Of a stretch of DNA of 64,000 bases, positions 57,937 through 64,000 are shown piece after piece (position 1 is the first letter of the stretch; each line of letters begins with the position of its first letter). The stretch spans positions 704,001 to 768,000 of the forward strand of contig CAVSUE010000001.1 of assembly GCA_963731265.1 (NCBI GenBank). Direction: 5' to 3'. Source of the stretch: an uncultured Verrucomicrobiae bacterium. GTDB lineage: Bacteria; Chlamydiota; Chlamydiia; Chlamydiales; Rhabdochlamydiaceae. The position numbers and the translations under genes are program-made. Under the pieces are notes generated by a model that made no database searches, had not been told where the DNA came from, and saw nothing but the letters and a program-made list of their open reading frames with translations.

Positions 57937-59679
57937 ATGCAGAGAGGATTGGTATTATTTCTGACCATTCTTGCATCTGCACAACTCTTTGGCGCATTTT
58001 CAGAAGAAGAATATAAAAAAAGGATCCATGCTCATCTGATGATCTCCGATAGGGCCGCTGCTGTCGAAGAGGCAAAGAAAGCTCTGGGGGATTATCCCGC
58101 ATCCAAGCCGCTGCAAATGGCCTACATCAGGGCATTATGCGAGAAAGGGGATGAGATGGAAGCGATGGAGCAGTGGATCGAAACAGGCATTCATTTCCAG
58201 GAAGAAAAAGAGAATAGACGCATGCTCGAGCTTCTGGCTTGGGGTGTCTTGAACAAAGGGGAGTCTTCTGCACAGATCAGCATCCGCATGAACTCGATGC
58301 TCGGAGCTGCGTTTACCCGCGATGCAAAAGCGATTCCCATCCTGCTAGGGCATTTACGCTCATCCAATGCCCTCCTCCGTTCGATTGCCGTCAAATTGAG
58401 CGCCTCGTTCGGCGACGCGCCTCTCAAGGAAGAAATCGCTCGTTTATTAAAAGAAGAAAAAGTGTGGTATGTACGACTCGATGTGATCAAAACAGCCGGC
58501 TTATTGCGCATGCATGACCTGAAGCCTGATCTGCAAGAGATCGTCGGGAATCCACGCACGCTGATCGAAGAGAAAGCTTCTGCGATCATCGCCCTTGTCA
58601 GCATCTACGACAGCATCGAGCGGGAAGAGCTTTTGAGACTTGTGCGAAGCAATCGCGCTGGACTTCGCCAGCTTGCTGCGGAAGCGATTGCCCATCTTCA
58701 TTTGGCTGATGAAAACGACTTGCTTTTGCCCCTCTTGAAAGACGCTTCGTCAGATGTCCGCATCTCGGCGATGAATGCGCTCGCCATCATGCGCTTGCAA
58801 AAGATAGGGGATACCACTATTGCCGAACTCGTCGAAGAGAATCTTCACAACACCTCTGCAGAAGTCGCGATCACAGCTTCTTACCTCCTCCTGCTGAACA
58901 ATGAAAAAGAAGGTTCGCGTCATTTAGCGAAATGGCTTAAGTCATCCAACCCTGAATGGCGCCGCCTCGCTTCTGCAGCTGTCGCCGCCAGTGGGAAGTA
59001 TGGACTTAAATTAGAACTCAAAGAGTTCAAAGAAACAGACGACCCTTACGTCAAAGTCAATTTAGCCATTGGATTAATTGGACAGCGCATCCAAGTAAAA
59101 ATGGCGTGCGATGCCATTCACAAAGTCTTCAGCCGGGAAAAAAATACGCTGTGGATGTGGGATGCCGGCAGCAATCCTTTATTCCGCTCTTTGGCCCCGA
59201 GCCGCGTCAAGCATATCGAACATATTCCCCATTATCCTGTGGTTGTCGATCAGCTCGTCAAACTCGAGCTCCTCTCCATTTTGAGTATTTTGCGTTATCC
59301 GCAGGCTCAATTGGCTGTCAGAGAATTCCTGCAGGCAGGAACTTGGGGAGTGACCGGAGCGGCGGCAGCGACGCTATTGCAAGAGGGCGATGAAGAAGAC
59401 CTCGCGGCAGTCCGCGAACTCCTGAATGATCCCGATGAGAAGATCCGCATCCAGGCAGCGATGATCCTGGCCATTGTCGGGAGCGATCCTTCCGCAGTCA
59501 AAATTTTGCAGGAAGCTTATCCCCATGTCGATAGAGAGATGAAAGTCCATATTCTGGAAGCCCTGGCCCACATTGGCGATCCCGTCAGCATTCCCTTTCT
59601 GCTAGATATTTTAAAAGAACCTTTCCAAATCTTGCGCGTTGTGTCTGCTTCTGCTTTAATCCAGTGTTTATACCATTGA
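57937..59679 (+). CDS. HEAT repeat protein
   Basis: Signal-like N-terminus; LLKDASSDVRISA, LLNDPDEKIRIQAA. Confidence 0.85.
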   Translation: MQRGLVLFLTILASAQLFGAFSEEEYKKRIHAHLMISDRAAAVEEAKKALGDYPASKPLQMAYIRALCEKGDEMEAMEQWIETGIHFQEEKENRRMLELLAWGVLNKGESSAQISIRMNSMLGAAFTRDAKAIPILLGHLRSSNALLRSIAVKLSASFGDAPLKEEIARLLKEEKVWYVRLDVIKTAGLLRMHDLKPDLQEIVGNPRTLIEEKASAIIALVSIYDSIEREELLRLVRSNRAGLRQLAAEAIAHLHLADENDLLLPLLKDASSDVRISAMNALAIMRLQKIGDTTIAELVEENLHNTSAEVAITASYLLLLNNEKEGSRHLAKWLKSSNPEWRRLASAAVAASGKYGLKLELKEFKETDDPYVKVNLAIGLIGQRIQVKMACDAIHKVFSREKNTLWMWDAGSNPLFRSLAPSRVKHIEHIPHYPVVVDQLVKLELLSILSILRYPQAQLAVREFLQAGTWGVTGAAAATLLQEGDEEDLAAVRELLNDPDEKIRIQAAMILAIVGSDPSAVKILQEAYPHVDREMKVHILEALAHIGDPVSIPFLLDILKEPFQILRVVSASALIQCLYH

Positions 59680-60475
59680 TAATAAGTAATTCATGTTGAG
59701 TTATCCATGGACGTCTTCAAATTTATTTACATTAATTTTAAATTAATATATAATGATATAAAATAAAATGAGCCGTTATGTCATTTTTAAAATCAGTTTT
59801 TTTTGGGTCCCAGGGATCTTATAATCTTTTAGGTATTCCCGTTAATTTTGAACATTCACACTATTCACCGTACAACCTTGACAACGAGTCTTTTATATCG
59901 CGCCAAGCACTTAAGTGCCTCAATAGCAATGTTTTTCGTTTAGTGACTCAATCGTACGCCCATGTATTTACCCATGAGATGAGTCATGCACTCATGTTAA
60001 AATTCTTTTACGGTAGACCTCCAGGGTTCTATCGTGAGGGTATTTGCATTTATACTGATATTTGCATGGGTCAGACCGGGATGCCTCGAATAGAAAACCA
60101 TAATTGGAAAACAACACTTATTTTGATGGCTGGGCCCATGGGAAACATTGCTTTTGCTACTGCCAAATTGGTAGCTGCCAAAGTCTTCAAAAACTATCTT
60201 ACTTGGCCAATCGCTTCGATCTTTGGTAGCGGAGCCGTGATATGGACCTTGGGTGAAATTTTTTATGCATACCTTTCAGCTACAAGAAAAGACAACGGGG
60301 ATTTTGGTCATATTGCGTCTCATGGCAAAATGCCTCTTGCATTGGCCAGCACGGCAGTTGTCGCTCAGTGCATTCTAGGTATATACGCAGCGGCTACTAT
60401 CCCCTCCCTTTAACCCATACCTTTCTAAATCTTGCGCGTTGTGTCCACTTCTGCTTTAATCCAGGGTTTATACCA
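59619..60475 (+). repeat. 57-bp direct repeat pair (59619-59675 and 60419-60475) flanking an inserted gene
   Basis: ACCTTTC.AAATCTTGCGCGTTGTGTC..CTTCTGCTTTAATCCAG.GTTTATACCA, 4 mismatches, 800 bp apart. Confidence 0.9.
59778..60413 (+). CDS. M50-like membrane metallopeptidase
   Basis: HEMSHA (HExxH), MAGP, NGDF, hydrophobic helices. Confidence 0.7.
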   Translation: MSFLKSVFFGSQGSYNLLGIPVNFEHSHYSPYNLDNESFISRQALKCLNSNVFRLVTQSYAHVFTHEMSHALMLKFFYGRPPGFYREGICIYTDICMGQTGMPRIENHNWKTTLILMAGPMGNIAFATAKLVAAKVFKNYLTWPIASIFGSGAVIWTLGEIFYAYLSATRKDNGDFGHIASHGKMPLALASTAVVAQCILGIYAAATIPSL

Positions 60476-60493
60476 CTCATGCAGGATGGGGCG

Positions 60494-61681
60494 ATGGACT
60501 GGGACGCACGCATTGGAGAAGTTCAAAAGTATCTCGTGAAGGAAAAAATCGATGGCTGGCTGCTTTATGATTTCAACGGGAATAATCCCTTAGCGCGCGA
60601 ATTTCTAAAAATCGATCCCGACACTCTCACGACCCGCCGTTTTTTTTATTGGATTCCCGCAAAAGGCGCCCCCATTAAAATGATGCATGTGGTCGAACCG
60701 CATGTCCTTTCTCATGTCCCGGGAGATTCTTTGTTCTTCTTAAAATGGCAGGAACTTCAAACGCAGATGGGCGAAGTTCTGAAAGGAGCAAAAAAGGTGG
60801 CGATGGAATATTCTCCTCGCAATGCGATCCCTTATCTCTCCAAAGTTGATGCCGGCACAGTCGATTTCATCCGAAGCTTTCATGTAGAAGTCGTCTCTTC
60901 AGGCTCTTTTCTGCAACACTTTACATGCTTGCTAGACGAAGAGCAGTACAAACTGCATCGGGAAGCAGCAAACCTGCTCGATCGTGTCATCGGAGAAGCT
61001 TGGAAAAAAATTTCCGAAGCGCTAAAAGAAGAAAATAAAATCACCGAGTACGATGTCCAGCAGTTTATCTACGATCACATCCATTCTAGCGGATTCACGA
61101 TGTTTTCGAGGCCCATTGTCGGAGTGAATGCGCACAGCTCCGACCCGCATTATGAGCCCACCAAAGAAGGATCCAGCGAGATCAAAAAAGGAGATTTTAT
61201 CTTGATCGATGCCTGGTGCAAAAAACAGCATCCCCGAGCGATTTATGGAGATATTTGCCGCGTCGGTGTCGCTGCTGCCAAGCCCACTGAGAAACAAGCT
61301 GAAATTTTTTCGATCGTGCGGAAAGCGCAAAAAGCCGCCACCGACTTTGTCATCAGCCGGTACTCAAAAGGGGAAAGCGTGAAAGGCTATGAGGTCGATC
61401 AAGTCGCTAGAGCGATCATTGAAGAAAAAGGCTATGGAAAATATTTCACCCATCGCACAGGACATAATATTTATACCAATGATCATGGGCCCGGGGCGCA
61501 TATCGACAGTCTGGAAACCCAAGATTTGCGGGAGCTGATTCCACATACCTGTTTTTCCATCGAGCCCGCCATTTATTTGCCCGAATTCGGTATTCGCCTA
61601 GAATACGATGTATATCTTGGAGATAAGGGGAAAGTGGAAATCAATGGCGGGGTCCAGGACAGCGTATTAACCCTTTTATGA
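60494..61681 (+). CDS. M24 family Xaa-Pro aminopeptidase
   Basis: DPHY, LIDAW, GDICR, HRTGH, SIEP.IY, GIRLE; start placed at MDWDAR. Confidence 0.9.
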   Translation: MDWDARIGEVQKYLVKEKIDGWLLYDFNGNNPLAREFLKIDPDTLTTRRFFYWIPAKGAPIKMMHVVEPHVLSHVPGDSLFFLKWQELQTQMGEVLKGAKKVAMEYSPRNAIPYLSKVDAGTVDFIRSFHVEVVSSGSFLQHFTCLLDEEQYKLHREAANLLDRVIGEAWKKISEALKEENKITEYDVQQFIYDHIHSSGFTMFSRPIVGVNAHSSDPHYEPTKEGSSEIKKGDFILIDAWCKKQHPRAIYGDICRVGVAAAKPTEKQAEIFSIVRKAQKAATDFVISRYSKGESVKGYEVDQVARAIIEEKGYGKYFTHRTGHNIYTNDHGPGAHIDSLETQDLRELIPHTCFSIEPAIYLPEFGIRLEYDVYLGDKGKVEINGGVQDSVLTLL

Positions 61682-62071
61682 AATGTCTACTTCCATTTCA
61701 TCTTCTTCAGGCAGGTTTTCTGTCGGGTATTTGAAACGCTTTTTTAAGAGGCGGTCGTAAGGCAGACAGGTGATGAGGCTTAAAAAAGGGACGGCTTCGA
61801 TCTTGGCCCGAATAATATTGAAAAGGCCATGAAACAGGTAATGGGCGCTCAGCCGCCATTTTTGCAGCGCGTTTGCTTTTTTGAAAATGTGGGCTGCAAA
61901 AAAGTATCCCGATGCAAATACGATGCCGAGCAAAGCTTGCAGCATGCCACCCATCGAGCGCATAGTTGCAGAAAGTATAGAAACAAGCGGGATATAACCG
62001 ACCAGATTCAACGCTTCTTCCGCGCGTGCAAGGGTCTTTTCCAGTTGGATTTGAGAAATGAATGGAAACAT
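61676..62071 (-). CDS. Small membrane hypothetical protein
   Basis: 131 aa; GYIPLVS...HGLFNIIRA.IEAVPF. Confidence 0.6.
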   Translation of the reverse strand: MFPFISQIQLEKTLARAEEALNLVGYIPLVSILSATMRSMGGMLQALLGIVFASGYFFAAHIFKKANALQKWRLSAHYLFHGLFNIIRAKIEAVPFLSLITCLPYDRLLKKRFKYPTENLPEEDEMEVDIS

Positions 62072-62083
62072 ATTTCCCCTTTG

Positions 62084-62965
62084 TTAGGCAGCCATCCCCG
62101 AGATTAAACGCATCGCGAGATCGGTAATGCCTATTCTCTTGACTTCATCGATACCGATTGTGGGCGTTCTGCCGTTTTTAAATGTAAAGAATTCCGTCGC
62201 CGAGCCAGGACTTGTCCCGTTCGCAACGGCCCGTTCTTGGCCTGACATCGGTGAAAAGGTTCCTATATCTTCCAAAGTTCCGTTAAAATGGGGACGGCGG
62301 ATGACGGCGTTGATAAAAGCATTTTTAACTTTGCTTTCCAAAGCAATCTTTTCTACTTCCAGGGCCTCAGAGCGCAATTCGTAAATGGTGTCCTTGTTAG
62401 TCTCATAATTTTCTGTAGCCAGCTTTGTAGACTCAGTGAGTTTGCCGTTTTTTTCCTCTTCGAGTTTTTTCACGCGATTTTCCCAGAAAGTATGGCGGGC
62501 GATGAGAGGTTTTAATGTGTCCACCCCTGCTGGGTTCAGTGCCATGCCCGGAATTGTGTACCATGCAACCCCTTTTTCTTGAAGGGCCTGCTGGACCTGC
62601 TGGCGAGGGGCTGAAGATAGCGCTTGATAATGCTGGGAAATTTCTTTTAATTGTTCAGCGCGGCCACGAGCTTGCTCTGACCAGCTTTCTAAAGTTTTTG
62701 CTCCTTGCTTAGCATATTTCAATAGAAATGCAGAGCTGATGGCCACGAGGGGGATGTAAAGCGGCGCATAAGCAGCACATAACGCCAGTCCACCCACTGC
62801 AAGCACTGTAAAAGCGACCAAAGTGGCGATGGAAGCGACTTGCCACAGCTTCGATTTCTGCTCCGATGAGCAAAGAAGGCTCGGGTCCAGATCTTCCACA
62901 CACTGTTGAAGATATGTTTTATTAACAGAAACGAACAAATTATCAACAGTAATAGAAGTTGCCAT
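62084..62965 (-). CDS. Inc-like protein (bilobed hydrophobic domain plus coiled coil), paralog A
   Basis: ~40-aa hydrophobic stretch VASIATLVAF...LVAISSAFLL; no signal peptide. Confidence 0.65.
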   Translation of the reverse strand: MATSITVDNLFVSVNKTYLQQCVEDLDPSLLCSSEQKSKLWQVASIATLVAFTVLAVGGLALCAAYAPLYIPLVAISSAFLLKYAKQGAKTLESWSEQARGRAEQLKEISQHYQALSSAPRQQVQQALQEKGVAWYTIPGMALNPAGVDTLKPLIARHTFWENRVKKLEEEKNGKLTESTKLATENYETNKDTIYELRSEALEVEKIALESKVKNAFINAVIRRPHFNGTLEDIGTFSPMSGQERAVANGTSPGSATEFFTFKNGRTPTIGIDEVKRIGITDLAMRLISGMAA

Positions 62966-63051
62966 ATTAACCCCGCGTAATAAAGTTAGTTAATTATAAC
63001 CAATTTAGGGGTTAAATCACAATTACACACAAGATTTTAGTTAATTAAAAA

Positions 63052-63954
63052 TTAACCAGCCATTGCAGCAGTAAATTTTTGACCGAGCTGGGCCACTGTC
63101 ATTGCTTTAGCTTCTTCATAAGTAATTGCAGCACTATTAGGGTTGTTAAAAATAAACATTTGGTTTGCAGCCGAATCGCTAAGGGCATTTCCAAAAGTTT
63201 GATTGAGATAGGTGTTTTTTGAAAGAAATCCATAATCCTGCCAATCTCCACAGAAATCGGGATTGCGTAAGACCGCGCTGGCAAAACCATTTTTAATTTT
63301 TAAGGTCAGGGCGGAGTACTCGTAGGATAGGGCTCTCTCCTGCTCTTTAGCTCGCAGAACAGTATCATTTTGCCGCAGAGCCTTAGATGCGTGTTTATCT
63401 TTTAAATCCTGATAATGCTTTGTTCGTTCTTCTAAATGTCTTGCATAAGCGAGCACGGGGTTTAATCGGGATAGCTGTTCAGGGTGTTGGACTTGCATTC
63501 CTGGAATCCGATTCCAGATGATGCCCATATTCAGGAGGATCCGTTGCAATTGCTCAGGAGTTTTTTCATTTAGGCCTTCATAGTGAGTCCTGATGGCTGT
63601 TCGTTTCTCAAATTCCTGCTGAACTTCATGGGACCGCTTTTGAAGGTTGACAAATTGGTTTCCTCCGATATGACCCCCCAGAGCTCCGCCTAAGATGGCA
63701 ATGGGCATCGAAAAGGGAAAGGAAGCGATTGCGATCAAAGTGGATGCGACAATACCGATTGCAGGGATGGCCACCAGAGCAACGATGGATAGGATTTTCC
63801 ATTTTCTTGCATCGCTTTTGAATCCAGCGATTTTTTCCGGAGTCAGATTTTCGACACAGCGGTTGAGGTAGGGAACTCTTGTTGCTGAATTAGGTTGGGT
63901 TGCCACTTGGGAAACCGCATTTGTTGTCATAGCAATTGTCATGGAAGCCCCCAA
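63052..63954 (-). CDS. Inc-like protein, paralog B
   Basis: YLNRCVENL.P, WKILSIVALV hydrophobic hairpin, KIKNGF..AVLR.PDF; colinear with 62084..62965. Confidence 0.65.
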   Translation of the reverse strand: MGASMTIAMTTNAVSQVATQPNSATRVPYLNRCVENLTPEKIAGFKSDARKWKILSIVALVAIPAIGIVASTLIAIASFPFSMPIAILGGALGGHIGGNQFVNLQKRSHEVQQEFEKRTAIRTHYEGLNEKTPEQLQRILLNMGIIWNRIPGMQVQHPEQLSRLNPVLAYARHLEERTKHYQDLKDKHASKALRQNDTVLRAKEQERALSYEYSALTLKIKNGFASAVLRNPDFCGDWQDYGFLSKNTYLNQTFGNALSDSAANQMFIFNNPNSAAITYEEAKAMTVAQLGQKFTAAMAG

Positions 63955-64000
63955 AAAATTAAAAATTAAGCATGCATTGCGCTAAAAAATCTTTGGCCCA

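Noticed and set aside
60368..60493. N-terminal extension of the aminopeptidase ORF
   Set aside because: It reads through the upstream gene's end and the 57-bp duplicate; the likely start is 60494.

Overview
This window looks like part of an environmental Chlamydiae genome (Simkania/Rhabdochlamydia-like). The call rests on the chlamydial-type block DUF1207 / LOG-like / MYG1 / HIT / HEAT, on Inc-like proteins and on brnQ. The left half (1-27.4 kb) is accessory-rich. It holds brnQ with a candidate Val-rich leader peptide, two tandem Cys-His-Asp effector-like genes, a coupled MBL-dtd-GNAT-LysE-S9 operon, an inverse autotransporter, beta-barrel OMPs, two double-kelch proteins, photolyase, recQ, a dead IS630 and several palindromic MITE-like elements. 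The centre (28.4-47.95 kb) is a tandem array of elements integrated at a tRNA(CAT). The older, decayed element carries integrase, AbiE and kinase-DUF6624 pseudogenes. The younger ~16.6 kb element has an intact tyrosine integrase, a xis-like gene, an SF3 helicase, an iteron-like ori, a P4-type primase, a Schlafen/AlbA ATP-binding protein and an HGGxSTG gene pair. It also carries a TPP-riboswitch-controlled thiamine operon that uses a fungal-type THI5 instead of ThiC. The right part (48-64 kb) is mostly conserved chlamydial backbone with inserted effector-like genes. All calls come from reading motifs by eye; no database searches were run.
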